Below are positions 28,630 through 39,041 of a stretch of 39,496 nt of DNA, piece by piece. A program made the position numbers and the translations under genes. How positions within the stretch are numbered: the first letter of the stretch is position 1; each line of letters starts with the position of its first letter. A model generated the notes under the pieces. That model was given only the letters and a program-made list of their open reading frames with translations, was not told the DNA's origin and ran no database searches. The DNA lies in sequence record SRR31156797_1248. One strand, written 5' to 3'.

Positions 28630-30060
28630 ATGAAAGGTTTAACGACGAGCCGATATATCGTTTCTCTCGTTTGTGTCGCAATTTTGTCAGGAGGCGGTGT
28701 CTATTTATGGCAAACGGCTCAGCAAAATCAGCAGACGGCGCAACCGGTGACAGAAACGACCACAGAAGCCAGCGGAATGGAGAAAATCCAGTCGCTATAT
28801 GACCAGATCCTTGCGAATTATTACCAAGAAGTGGATGAGGATGCCTTGATAGAAGGTGCCCTTCAAGGGATGACTGATGCGCTAGATGATCCTTATACGA
28901 CGTATTTGAACCAATCAGATGCGGATAGCTTAGAACAATCACTTTCTGGAAGTTTTGAAGGGATTGGTGCTACCTTGTCGATCGTTGAAGACTATCCAGA
29001 AGTCGCACAAGCGCCGATAAAAAATACGCCTGCTGAAAAAAGTGGTCTGCGGATCAATGACCGAATCGTTAAGGTAGACGGTGAAGATACGCAGGGACAG
29101 GAATTATCTGAAGTTGTGGGTAAGATTCGTGGTGAAAAAGGGACGAAAGTCACCTTAACGATTCAACGTGATCAGGACACCTTTGATGTGGAGATCACTC
29201 GTGATGTGATCCCAATCGAAACGGTCCATGGAGAAATTGCTGAAAATAATGACACAATCGGTCGTATCGATATTACTTCCTTTGGTGAAAACACAGCAGC
29301 TGAGTTGAAAGAAACCATCACCGAACTGCGAGAAGCCGGCGCAAAGTCGTTTGTCTTGGATTTAAGACAAAATCCTGGCGGACTGCTGGACCAAGTACAG
29401 ATCATGGCAAGTATGTTTTTAGAAAACGGCCAAACGATCGTGAAGTTTGCCAACAATCAAGGGGTGGTCAGTGAGACCAAAGCGAGCGAAGCATTGGATG
29501 AAGGATTCAAAGTCACAGAGCCGGTCGTTGTTTTAGTCGACGGCGGCAGTGCCTCTGCATCGGAGATTTTTGCCGCAGCCTTGCAAGAATCAGCGGATAT
29601 CCCAGTTGTTGGTACAGAAACCTTCGGCAAGGGAACCGTTCAGAACGTGAAAGATCTGGGGGATAATAGTGAATTAAAAATGACGGTCATGAAATGGCTG
29701 ACACCGGATGAAAATTGGGTCAATGATCAAGGTGTGATGCCGGATTATGAAGAGGACTATCCAGAGTATGCGTATTTCCCGCCATTACCACGGGACAATG
29801 CCTTAAAAGCTGGACAATCATCAACGGCAGTCAATAACCTAAATCAATTTCTTAAAGCGTTAGGGTATGCCACTAGTGGTGATACCTTCAATGATGAGAC
29901 GACAGCAGCAGTGAAGACTTTACAAGAGGCTCATGATTTAAAAGTGACTGGGGAAGTCGATGCAGACACTGCCCAAGCGATCGAAAAAGAAGTAACGGAG
30001 AAACTCAAAGCAGAGGACCCAGCATATTTAAAAGCACTGTCCTTGCTTTCTGAAGAATAA
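28630..30060 (+). CDS. ctpA: S41 C-terminal processing protease with PDZ and C-terminal peptidoglycan-binding domains
   Basis: DDPYTTY, FEGIG, DLRQNPGG, SASASE, TFGKGTVQ, C-terminal TAAVKTLQ...L.VTG.VD. Confidence 0.92.
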   Translation: MKGLTTSRYIVSLVCVAILSGGGVYLWQTAQQNQQTAQPVTETTTEASGMEKIQSLYDQILANYYQEVDEDALIEGALQGMTDALDDPYTTYLNQSDADSLEQSLSGSFEGIGATLSIVEDYPEVAQAPIKNTPAEKSGLRINDRIVKVDGEDTQGQELSEVVGKIRGEKGTKVTLTIQRDQDTFDVEITRDVIPIETVHGEIAENNDTIGRIDITSFGENTAAELKETITELREAGAKSFVLDLRQNPGGLLDQVQIMASMFLENGQTIVKFANNQGVVSETKASEALDEGFKVTEPVVVLVDGGSASASEIFAAALQESADIPVVGTETFGKGTVQNVKDLGDNSELKMTVMKWLTPDENWVNDQGVMPDYEEDYPEYAYFPPLPRDNALKAGQSSTAVNNLNQFLKALGYATSGDTFNDETTAAVKTLQEAHDLKVTGEVDADTAQAIEKEVTEKLKAEDPAYLKALSLLSEE

Positions 30061-30092
30061 ACTAAGTGAAAAATTGGAGAGGAGGCAGACGT

Positions 30093-30641
30093 GTGGAGGC
30101 GAAAAAATTCTGGGTTGATCGTTTTTGGCTAGTAGTGAAATATGCGTTGATCGCTTTTGCAACAGCATTCTTGATTCGGGCATTCTTGTTGATCCCAGTT
30201 CCTGTTGAAGGAAATTCGATGGAAGGAACCTTAAAACAAGGAGACATGGTGGTCATTGAGAAGATTTCGCCAATCCAACGTTTTGATGTCGTTGTTTTCC
30301 AGTTGCCGGATGGTTCGACCTATATCAAGCGGGTGATTGGCTTACCGGGTGAGTCAGTGAAATATGTCAATGATCAGCTTTACATTGATGATGAACCGGT
30401 AGATGAAGATTTTCTAGTGAAGAACCGCAGCAATGATCACGAGTCTGTCTCTTACACCAATGACTTTGATTTGGAATCTTTATTAGGTGTTGAGAAATTA
30501 GGGAAAGATAGTTACTTTGTCATTGGAGACAATCGACGTGCCTCCAAAGATAGCCGTTCCTTTGGACCAATATCAGGAGAGGCCATTTTAGGCAATGCTC
30601 GTTTTGTTTATTATCCATTGACTCATATTCGATTGATTTAG
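30093..30641 (+). CDS. lepB: Signal peptidase I
   Basis: One TM, GNSM (Ser), YIKRVIGLPG (Lys), GDNR..SKDSR; GTG 30093 after GGAGG. Confidence 0.93.
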   Translation: MEAKKFWVDRFWLVVKYALIAFATAFLIRAFLLIPVPVEGNSMEGTLKQGDMVVIEKISPIQRFDVVVFQLPDGSTYIKRVIGLPGESVKYVNDQLYIDDEPVDEDFLVKNRSNDHESVSYTNDFDLESLLGVEKLGKDSYFVIGDNRRASKDSRSFGPISGEAILGNARFVYYPLTHIRLI

Positions 30642-30673
30642 TCTGTGTAAAATCAATAAATAATTAAATAATG

Positions 30674-30716
30674 AATCCCCCCTTGGAATCATCCGTTGAT
30701 TCCAAGGGGGGATTTT
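30674..30716. terminator. Perfect 18-bp hairpin between convergent lepB and the regulator
   Basis: AATCCCCCCTTGGAATCA-TCCGT-TGATTCCAAGGGGGGATT, then TT. Confidence 0.85.
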
Positions 30717-30774
30717 GTCTAGCTTTTTATTCTTTTTCCAAAGGGAAATGGTTAGCATCGAAAAAAGCGTTTGT

Positions 30775-32268
30775 TTAGTCACTAATTGCTGTTAATTTTT
30801 TTATTTTTTCATTAAAAGCATTCGATAGTTTCTGACATAAATTCGTTTCAAAATCACGATAGCGACAAAAATCAATGATCGCCGAGTTTTCTTCGGTTGT
30901 AAAAGGGGGTAAAAGCTGTGGTGAGCTCAAAATATAAAAGTCAAAAGGTTCTTCAGTTGGCAGCGTGATCCGTTCAATTTCAACGTAGGGCAACCGTTCA
31001 CATATATTAAAAACTTCCATGGAAACCAAGTAGTTAGATACATAGACAAAAGCAACTTTAAGTTTATATTTTTGTTCCTTTTCAATGTAAATGGGATAAA
31101 GCAAACAGGCTTGATAAAAAGCAAGATCGGTATAACAGGTTTTTAACCACTCATAACCTTTACGATTTGCTATTTTACGCCAAAAACTTTGAATGGTATT
31201 TGTCAAAATCGTATGTAATGGGTATTTATCCTTAATGACATTTGCTTCGAAAAAATTTGAAAGGGGGACTTTTTGCTTAAATATACAGAACTTCAGCAAC
31301 GTAAGATATGTATTCATATAAAGGAACGACTGATGGTCGAAGTCAAAATCACAGAGAAATTTTTGGCAATGTTCTTCAAACTCAGTCATCAGCTCTTTTA
31401 ATTCTAGCTTTTCGTGATTGTAACAATCCGCTACAATCGGAAGACGCACATCTTTGGCAGAAGTCAGCATCGGCCAGTAATAAAAAAGAAAGAACAAAGA
31501 ATTGATCTCAAGAATGTCTATTGCAGAATCAATGATCATAAAGAAAGCAGAGAAGAAATCAAGCTTTTCACCACTGGGGATAAATGATCGGTTCGTTAAC
31601 TGATAAAGATTTGTCTTGTGACCATCCTTTAAACGAAACAGACAAATCTTGCAATGAAGTAAGGCTTCTTTTTTGCCAATTTCATACTTGCTTTTGTATT
31701 TCGTTCCTTCATAGGTAACAAAAAGCTCTTCGATCTCTTGGTCAAAGGCCTTCACCAAACTATCCCCTAAAGAAATGTGCCAGATAAAATTAAACAATAA
31801 GATGCGAATCACCATCTCTGAACCGATAAGCGTCATGGCGGATTGATTTAAGGTTACGTTGAATTCCTTTAAATGATCCTGAAGCTTTTTAGTTTGTCGG
31901 AAACAAGTCGAACGACTGATATAGTTTCTTTGGCAAAATGCCAGCAAACTTTCATCTTGATTGGTCAAGATACTTAACAACATTTTATAAGAAATACTTT
32001 CTTGGGCTAAAAACTGCTGATATTGATTGTATTCAATCAAATTTTTAGGGAGACTAAGGGTGTTTTTATGTAATGAAAGATTTACTGGGGAGAGGTTTTG
32101 CAGGTCCTCTTGGATCGAGGAAAGTAAACTTTTCAATCTCGTTGCACTTAAATGGGTCAGATTTTTCACGAACTCTATGTTGTATTCACCCGGAGCAATT
32201 GATAGTAGTTTTCCGTAGAGTCCGATTTTGTCTAATGCTCGGGTATCTAAGAGTATTTTTTCAATCAA
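30775..32268 (-). CDS. Mga/AtxA-like HTH transcriptional regulator (EbpR-like)
   Basis: 497 aa, Mga-HTH pattern (FCQRNYISRSTCFR, LIGSEMVIR); divergent from the pilin operon. Confidence 0.8.
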   Translation of the reverse strand: MIEKILLDTRALDKIGLYGKLLSIAPGEYNIEFVKNLTHLSATRLKSLLSSIQEDLQNLSPVNLSLHKNTLSLPKNLIEYNQYQQFLAQESISYKMLLSILTNQDESLLAFCQRNYISRSTCFRQTKKLQDHLKEFNVTLNQSAMTLIGSEMVIRILLFNFIWHISLGDSLVKAFDQEIEELFVTYEGTKYKSKYEIGKKEALLHCKICLFRLKDGHKTNLYQLTNRSFIPSGEKLDFFSAFFMIIDSAIDILEINSLFFLFYYWPMLTSAKDVRLPIVADCYNHEKLELKELMTEFEEHCQKFLCDFDFDHQSFLYMNTYLTLLKFCIFKQKVPLSNFFEANVIKDKYPLHTILTNTIQSFWRKIANRKGYEWLKTCYTDLAFYQACLLYPIYIEKEQKYKLKVAFVYVSNYLVSMEVFNICERLPYVEIERITLPTEEPFDFYILSSPQLLPPFTTEENSAIIDFCRYRDFETNLCQKLSNAFNEKIKKLTAISD

Positions 32269-32322
32269 ATGATCACCTTCTTATTTTATTAATAACTTAT
32301 TTATATTACTGTGTAAAGACAC

Positions 32323-32383
32323 GTCTCAAAACTTTTGCTTTTTTTTAGAAAAACTGAGACAAATTTTTGCCAGAGCTGTCTCA
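32323..32383. promoter_or_regulatory. Three TGAGAC/GTCTCA half-sites in the divergent promoter region
   Basis: GTCTCA 32323-32328, TGAGACA 32355-32361, TGTCTCA 32377-32383. Confidence 0.45.
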
Positions 32384-32611
32384 TAAAGAACAAAAATAGA
32401 AATCGCATGTGAAAAACGCTAGTTTTTTTTAGTTATTAAATAACGTTGGTTAATTGGTTCCGCTTTGAAATAAAAAAACTTTTTTATTTATGAATAACTA
32501 CAGATGCGTAAATTTTTCCTGTTTTTCAGAAAATAAAAAAAAGAGGTGTCTTTCGCTTCTTTCTTGTATCATCAGCTTGTAATTTTTGATTCTTTGAAAG
32601 GAGGTCTTTTT

Positions 32612-35600
32612 ATGTTTTTGACAAAGAGACACCACTGGTTCTCTTTCATTTTCTGTATGTTAGGGGGGATATTATTTTTCATTTATTCGAGTTTGCAAAC
32701 AAATGGGATAGCAAGTGCACAAGAAGAAAATACGATCGCTATTACCGAAACGGAGCAGATCAAGTTGACAGGTCAACGGGAGGGCAATCAATTTACTTTA
32801 CGATATCAGCTATCACAAAAAAACAAACAGCAACGCATCTGGCTGCAATTATATGCACTTGATGAAACAAAAGAACAACCGCTAACGAAAACGAACAACA
32901 AAGAGGTGGTTTTTATTGAGGATGAATCCGCGCAGTCTTGGCTAACAACACAAGACTTCTTGAAAACACCCTGTGAACAAGAAGTAACGTTTCAACTACC
33001 TAATGAAACAAAAAAACTGAAGTTGGCGATTCAGATTGAAGAATATGATCACGAAAATCAAGAATCGCACAAATTGGCGTCTTTGGATGAATTGATAGTT
33101 GACATTCCGCTTGCGACAGAATCTGCTTCCTCAGATAGGGTGGAAGTCAGCTCAACTGATTCACAAGCTGCAGAAACCGGCACGGAGTCAACTTCGGAAC
33201 AAGTGTCGAATGAAGACTCAAAAGGTGTTTCGAATGAAGAAACGCAGGAAGAGACAAAGGAAACAGGAACAACGACAAGTTCTTCTGAAGACGAAACACT
33301 CATTGAACCGTTTAAACAAGAACGTCTTTATCAAAAAACGACCGTTTCACAGGCTTTTGCTTCGATTGAACCAGATTATACGACAGACCAAAGCGGGACG
33401 TATCCTTCGGCTAATTGGACAATTGATGAAAAGAGCAATGTCTTAAATCATCAGGGGAACAAAGATGCAGGCGAAACCTGGGATGGCGTAACTACATGGA
33501 ATGGTGATCCAGAAAATTTGACCAACTCGTATATTGAGTATGGTGGTGTGGGAGATGAAGCGGATTTTGCTTTACGGAAATTTGCAAAAGAGACGAATAC
33601 TCCAGGACTGTTTGATGTCTACCTAAATGTACGAGGGAATGTTCAACGCCAAATTGATCCGATCGATGTTGTGTTGGTAGTGGATTGGTCAGGGAGTATG
33701 AATGAGATGGGACGCATCACTGAGGTAAAAAAAGGTGTGGATCGCTTTTTGAATCAAATTGAAGGAAGCGGCATTCAAGACAGTGTCTACATGGGCTATG
33801 TCGGTTATTCCAGTGATGGTAACAATTACCAAAACAAAACCTGCCAGTTAGGAAAATTTTCTGAAGTCAAAGAGACGATCCGAACGATGACGCCAGAAAC
33901 AGCAGCTGGGGGGACCTTTACCCAAAGAGGGCTTCGCCAAGCTGGGGATATGCTATCAACGCAAAATGGACATAAGAAAGTCATCGTTTTGCTAACAGAT
34001 GGCGTGCCGACCTACAGTTATCATGTGTCCAAAGTGCATACACAAGCAGATGGTAGTTATTATGGAACCGCCTTTTCTCTTTCTCAAGACCAGCCGATGA
34101 ATACTTCACATCTCTACAACGGGTATTTTGCATCTGATCAGTACGGTAACTCTAAATGGATCAACAATACGTTTGTCGCCACGATCGGTGAGGCGATGGC
34201 GTTAAAAGAGCGCGGGATTGAGATTCACGGATTGGGGATTCAACTGCAAGGGGATCAAACAGCTGGGTATACAAAGGCCGATGTTGAGAACAAAATGAGA
34301 CAGATGGTTTCTGCTGATGAAGAGGGGCATCTTTATTATGAGTCAGCCAATGAAGCAGCGGATATTGCCGACTATCTCGAGAAAAAAGCCCTTCATATTT
34401 CGGCGACAGTCACTGATGGAGAGATTACTGACCCCATTTCGCAGCCATTTTTATACGAAGAAAATAGCTTGTCCATCAAAAGTGTCGGTTCTGCTGCTCT
34501 AACGGTGCAGCCTGAGGTCACGATATCTGACAATACACTCAATGCTTCTGGTCTTTATTTAGGCGAAGGACAGGAACTGCAAATTCATTATCAAGTGCGG
34601 ATTCAAACGGAAGCAGCGGATTTTAAACCAGATACTTGGTATCAAATGAATGGAGAAACGGTGTTTTATCCGAATCATCAGTCCGATCAAAAGGCATTGT
34701 TTGGTGTGCCTTCTGCCAAAGCACCTGGGAAAGAGTTGACGATCAAAAAAGTCTGGGAGGAATACGATGGCGATACGTCAAGTCGCCCAGAATCTGTCTA
34801 TTTTGAAATAAGCAGAAGCCCAGTTACTAGCAAGGAGAGCTGGCAAACAGGATATCTCAAACTTACTGAGACCGATGCACAAGATCAGACAAGTTGGGAA
34901 CGAAGCAAGGTTTCCGCGGTTTCTGAAAAGGATGGAACGGATTACGAAGAAACCCGGCTACTGCCGCTTTATAACAATCAAGGAGAAACGTTTAATTATC
35001 AAGTCACAAATGAACTGGCAGTATCAGGCTACGAATCGACAAGAGTGGACGTTTCTACATGGAAAAACACAAAGACATTTGTGCCCCTCGCATTAAATCT
35101 GATCAAAAAATCCGCTGTAGGAGAGGTGAAGCTGACAGGTGCTGTTTTTGAATTGACGGGCGCTGGAAAGACAGTAACCCTTGTGGATCAAGGGGATGGA
35201 ACGTACGGGATGCCAGCAGATACTACGTTGCAAAAAAGTCAGACGTATCGTTTAAAGGAAGTCACTGCACCGGCGGGACATCATTTGGCTAAGCAAACAG
35301 AGTGGCTGATCCATATTGATGAGCAAGGGCATGCGACGATTGATGGACAACCTGTCACACTGGTCGAGCATACGATTATCCTGGAGATTACCAATCCGTT
35401 TACAGAAATTCCAGTCGCTATTCGAAAATATTCGTTGCAAAATGAGCAGCAAGTATTGTTAGCAGGCGCTGTCTTTTCTCTTCAACAAAAAACAGCAGGA
35501 GGGGATTATCAAGAAATCGCCTCAGAAACGTCGGATGATGTTGGGATGGCTGAATTTACGATCCTTGAGCCTGGCGCTTATCGTATCTCAGAAACAGCCG

Positions 35601-36187
35601 GTCCGCTCGGATATGATACGGTTGCCGGTGACTATGAATTTGTCGTTGGTACAGACGGAAAAATCCAGTATCAAGGGGAAAATGTCGACGGGGATGCCAA
35701 CTGTTGGACCCTTACCCATGGCAATCAGTTAAAACCTTTTGATTTGGTGGTCAATAAACAGGATGAACTGGGACAAGCACTTGAGGGGGCAAAATTCCGG
35801 CTAAGTGGAAACGGACGGACTGTCGAACTGCCTGAAAACGGAGAAGCACTAGCGGTATTTCACTTCCAAGATCTCACACCCGGCAGCTATACCTTGGAAG
35901 AAACTGGTACACCCGCAGGCTATGCAGGTTTAACAGCACCTGTCCAAATCAAGATTGAAGAGGATGGTCAGGTCTTTATCGATGAAGAACGACTACCGAA
36001 TCTTCTTGTTTCTGGAGAAAAGAACAATCAAATAGAATTGATCGTAACCAATCAAGTGAAAGTGTCTCTTCCTGAAACCGGAGGGAATTGGCATGGATGG
36101 ATGGTCATTCTTTCAGCAAGTCTGCTAGTCCTTTTAGCTGGTAGCTATTTGCACGTTAAGCGCAAAGATAAGCCTTCATTAAAGTAA
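32612..36187 (+). CDS. ebpA: Pilus tip adhesin with vWA domain (EbpA-like)
   Basis: Signal peptide, MIDAS DWSGS...GGTFT...LLTDG, CnaB/SpaA-like repeats, LPETG + TM + basic tail; ATG after AAGGAGG. Confidence 0.88.
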   Translation: MFLTKRHHWFSFIFCMLGGILFFIYSSLQTNGIASAQEENTIAITETEQIKLTGQREGNQFTLRYQLSQKNKQQRIWLQLYALDETKEQPLTKTNNKEVVFIEDESAQSWLTTQDFLKTPCEQEVTFQLPNETKKLKLAIQIEEYDHENQESHKLASLDELIVDIPLATESASSDRVEVSSTDSQAAETGTESTSEQVSNEDSKGVSNEETQEETKETGTTTSSSEDETLIEPFKQERLYQKTTVSQAFASIEPDYTTDQSGTYPSANWTIDEKSNVLNHQGNKDAGETWDGVTTWNGDPENLTNSYIEYGGVGDEADFALRKFAKETNTPGLFDVYLNVRGNVQRQIDPIDVVLVVDWSGSMNEMGRITEVKKGVDRFLNQIEGSGIQDSVYMGYVGYSSDGNNYQNKTCQLGKFSEVKETIRTMTPETAAGGTFTQRGLRQAGDMLSTQNGHKKVIVLLTDGVPTYSYHVSKVHTQADGSYYGTAFSLSQDQPMNTSHLYNGYFASDQYGNSKWINNTFVATIGEAMALKERGIEIHGLGIQLQGDQTAGYTKADVENKMRQMVSADEEGHLYYESANEAADIADYLEKKALHISATVTDGEITDPISQPFLYEENSLSIKSVGSAALTVQPEVTISDNTLNASGLYLGEGQELQIHYQVRIQTEAADFKPDTWYQMNGETVFYPNHQSDQKALFGVPSAKAPGKELTIKKVWEEYDGDTSSRPESVYFEISRSPVTSKESWQTGYLKLTETDAQDQTSWERSKVSAVSEKDGTDYEETRLLPLYNNQGETFNYQVTNELAVSGYESTRVDVSTWKNTKTFVPLALNLIKKSAVGEVKLTGAVFELTGAGKTVTLVDQGDGTYGMPADTTLQKSQTYRLKEVTAPAGHHLAKQTEWLIHIDEQGHATIDGQPVTLVEHTIILEITNPFTEIPVAIRKYSLQNEQQVLLAGAVFSLQQKTAGGDYQEIASETSDDVGMAEFTILEPGAYRISETAGPLGYDTVAGDYEFVVGTDGKIQYQGENVDGDANCWTLTHGNQLKPFDLVVNKQDELGQALEGAKFRLSGNGRTVELPENGEALAVFHFQDLTPGSYTLEETGTPAGYAGLTAPVQIKIEEDGQVFIDEERLPNLLVSGEKNNQIELIVTNQVKVSLPETGGNWHGWMVILSASLLVLLAGSYLHVKRKDKPSLK

Positions 36188-36241
36188 TTTTTCCATTAGC
36201 GAATGAAAAACGAAAAAAAATTTAGAAGAGAGGAAAGAACA

Positions 36242-38113
36242 ATGAAAAAGATTTTTAATCATACGAAAATGGTTTGTCTCCTATTTTTACTTTTGCCATT
36301 TGTCTTTTTTGGAACAAAAAATCAGCAAGTGTCTGCAGAGAGCAATTTGGCACAGATCCATCTCCATAAAAAGAAAATGGTCAATCTGCCAGGTTCATTG
36401 ATTCAAAATAGTGGGACTGAGATGGAAGAGTTTGATCAATACCAAGGCTTAGCCGATGTCACTTTTTCTGTCTATGATGTGACAGCAGCATTTTATGAAA
36501 AACGATCTGCAGGGGCATCCGTTGAAGAAGCCAAGCGTCAAGTTCAAACCTTGACGTCTGGTTCCCCTATAGCTAGCGGGAAAACAGATGCAGCCGGTGA
36601 TTTGGTTTTTGAATTGCCGAAAAAACAAGCCGATCGGGATGCAGTTTACACCATTGTAGAAGCCCCTAAAGACGGCGTTACAACTGCTGAGAATATGGTG
36701 ATCGCCTTTCCCGTATATGAAATGATCCAACAAGCTGATGGCTCATATGTTTATGGAGAAGAAGAGCTAGACACGATCCATCTTTATCCGAAGAATATCG
36801 TCACAAATGAAGGAACGCTCCTTGTGAATAAGCGAGGAACGGGGGAAAACGAACCACTGAATGATGCGGAATTTGTTGTTTCAAAGCAAGAAGGACGCGA
36901 AAATACCAAGAAATACATTTTAAGTGCAGCCGATGGACTTTATACATGGACAACTGACAAACAGGCAGCGTACCGTTTTTTGACAGGCAAACAATATGCT
37001 GCTGGAGACGCTGGTATCGATGTGAGTGAGAACCAAAAAGGACAGCTAAAGATTGCGCAACTAGAAACAGGCGCCTATCAATTAGAGGAAACGAAAGCCC
37101 CAAGTCAAGCCGCCTTAATCGAGGAAGAAAGAATCAAGGATTTCTCGATTGATTCAGGAAGTAACGTTACTGTTGAGCTAACAATCAAGAATGACACAAC
37201 AAATGTTACAAAAACAACACCACAATTAGACGGCAAAGACGTGGAGATCGGCGAAAGAATCCAATATCACCTAACGGTCAATATCCCATCAGGTATTCAA
37301 GATAAAGTAGGATCAGAAAACAAATACAAACATTTTCAATTGATCGATGCCCATGATCCAGCATTAACTTTTGAAAATACAGCTGAAGGAGAAACGGGCT
37401 ATGCATTGTATGATGGAGAGCAGAAAATCGATGCGACGAATTACCAAGTAACGGAAAAAGAGCATGGCTTTACGGTAACTATCAATCCAGAATTCGTGCC
37501 GCAATTAACGCCGGGAAATCAATTGCGCTTTGTGTATTATATGTATTTAAATGAACAAGCTATGCCTATCAATGGCTTTACGAATAAAGCAAATGTAGAA
37601 ACGGATTTCATGACGGATCAAACGCCTCCAAGCGTGGAAGTTTTGACAGGGGGCAAACGGTTCTTAAAAGTCGATGGGGCTGTGACCGCTACCGAAGCAT
37701 TGGCAGATGCAGTTTTTGTTGTACGGGATCAAGACCGTGATGATGCCAACTACCTGAAAATCGAAGAAGGAACCAAACAGGTATCTTGGGTGCAAACAGC
37801 GGATGAAGCGACGAAATTTACCACAGGGACAGATGGATTAGTTGATATCATCGGGTTAAAATTTGGCACCTACTATTTGGAAGAAGTAAAAGCACCAAAA
37901 AATTATGTACTGCTAACAAATCGCATCGCTTTTGAAGTACATGAAACGTCTTATGGAACGAAAGAGCAATTGGGAGATCCAGAAAAAGTCCCTAACCGCC
38001 GCAAAGGAACCTTACCGGCAACTGGTGGTGCCGGCACGTATTTAATGGGCGCCATCGGAGTGGTGATCGTTGGTTTAGCTGGGTGTTATTTTGTTAAACG
38101 GAAAAAAGGGTAA
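36242..38113 (+). CDS. ebpC: Major (shaft) pilin, EbpC-like
   Basis: Signal peptide, HLYPKN pilin motif, E-box YYLEEVKAPKNY, LPATG + TM + KRKK. Confidence 0.88.
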   Translation: MKKIFNHTKMVCLLFLLLPFVFFGTKNQQVSAESNLAQIHLHKKKMVNLPGSLIQNSGTEMEEFDQYQGLADVTFSVYDVTAAFYEKRSAGASVEEAKRQVQTLTSGSPIASGKTDAAGDLVFELPKKQADRDAVYTIVEAPKDGVTTAENMVIAFPVYEMIQQADGSYVYGEEELDTIHLYPKNIVTNEGTLLVNKRGTGENEPLNDAEFVVSKQEGRENTKKYILSAADGLYTWTTDKQAAYRFLTGKQYAAGDAGIDVSENQKGQLKIAQLETGAYQLEETKAPSQAALIEEERIKDFSIDSGSNVTVELTIKNDTTNVTKTTPQLDGKDVEIGERIQYHLTVNIPSGIQDKVGSENKYKHFQLIDAHDPALTFENTAEGETGYALYDGEQKIDATNYQVTEKEHGFTVTINPEFVPQLTPGNQLRFVYYMYLNEQAMPINGFTNKANVETDFMTDQTPPSVEVLTGGKRFLKVDGAVTATEALADAVFVVRDQDRDDANYLKIEEGTKQVSWVQTADEATKFTTGTDGLVDIIGLKFGTYYLEEVKAPKNYVLLTNRIAFEVHETSYGTKEQLGDPEKVPNRRKGTLPATGGAGTYLMGAIGVVIVGLAGCYFVKRKKG

Positions 38114-38135
38114 GTAAATGAGATGAAAATGCACG

Positions 38136-39041
38136 ATGACAATCAAAAGGAAAAGAAATGGCACGAAAGTACCTACTCAAAAAGTGACTTTGTTGGATGT
38201 TCTAATGGGTATTCTGCTGCTGCTAGGTGTTCTGATCATCAGTTATCCTTTTGTAAGTAATCAGCTCAACACCTTTTTGGATCAACAGTTGATCAGCTAC
38301 TACCAAAGCCAAGCTAAAAAAATGAGTGAAATAGAAAAACAACAAAAAAGGAACCAGTTGGAACGAGTAAATCAAGAGCTGGCACAGCATCCCAGCAATC
38401 CTGGAATCAAAGAAACGCAAGATTTATCAGAAACAAGGGACTCAGAATCAGGCGATACACCTGATTACTATGAACGACATACGATCGGCGTTTTAAAGAT
38501 CCCCGTGATTGGTGTCGCTCTCCCGATTTTTGATCAAACCACCGATACGTTGTTAAAAAGAGGAGCAACATTATTGGAGGGCGCTTCGTATCCAATAGGT
38601 GGTGAAGATACCCATGCAGTTCTGTGCGGACACCGTGGGTTAACGAGTGCAACCCTCTTTACGGATCTGCCTAAGCTGCAGATCGGCGATGAGTTTTATA
38701 TCGAAACGTTTGATGATACGTTGGCGTATCAAATAGATCAGATTAAAACGGTCGCCCCTGATGATACCGAAGCACTAAAAATTGTCAAAGGCAGTGATTA
38801 TGTCACCTTACTAACCTGCACACCCTATATGGTCAATAGCCATCGTTTATTGGTTCGCGGCAAAAGGGTTTCTTACAATGAAGAAAATGAAACAAGTGCC
38901 GCAAAAAAAGCAAACCAGCAGGATTTGTGGGTGCTGCTAGTTGTAAGCACCATACTATTACTACTCCTGCTGGTGATTAGCAGAATCAAAAGAAAAAAAC
39001 AGCATGATTTGATCACTCCCAGTGATAAGAAGAAAAGATAG
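38136..39041 (+). CDS. srtC: Class C (pilin-specific) sortase
   Basis: N- and C-terminal TM helices, GHRG, TLLTCTPY, HRLLVRG. Confidence 0.93.
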   Translation: MTIKRKRNGTKVPTQKVTLLDVLMGILLLLGVLIISYPFVSNQLNTFLDQQLISYYQSQAKKMSEIEKQQKRNQLERVNQELAQHPSNPGIKETQDLSETRDSESGDTPDYYERHTIGVLKIPVIGVALPIFDQTTDTLLKRGATLLEGASYPIGGEDTHAVLCGHRGLTSATLFTDLPKLQIGDEFYIETFDDTLAYQIDQIKTVAPDDTEALKIVKGSDYVTLLTCTPYMVNSHRLLVRGKRVSYNEENETSAAKKANQQDLWVLLVVSTILLLLLLVISRIKRKKQHDLITPSDKKKR

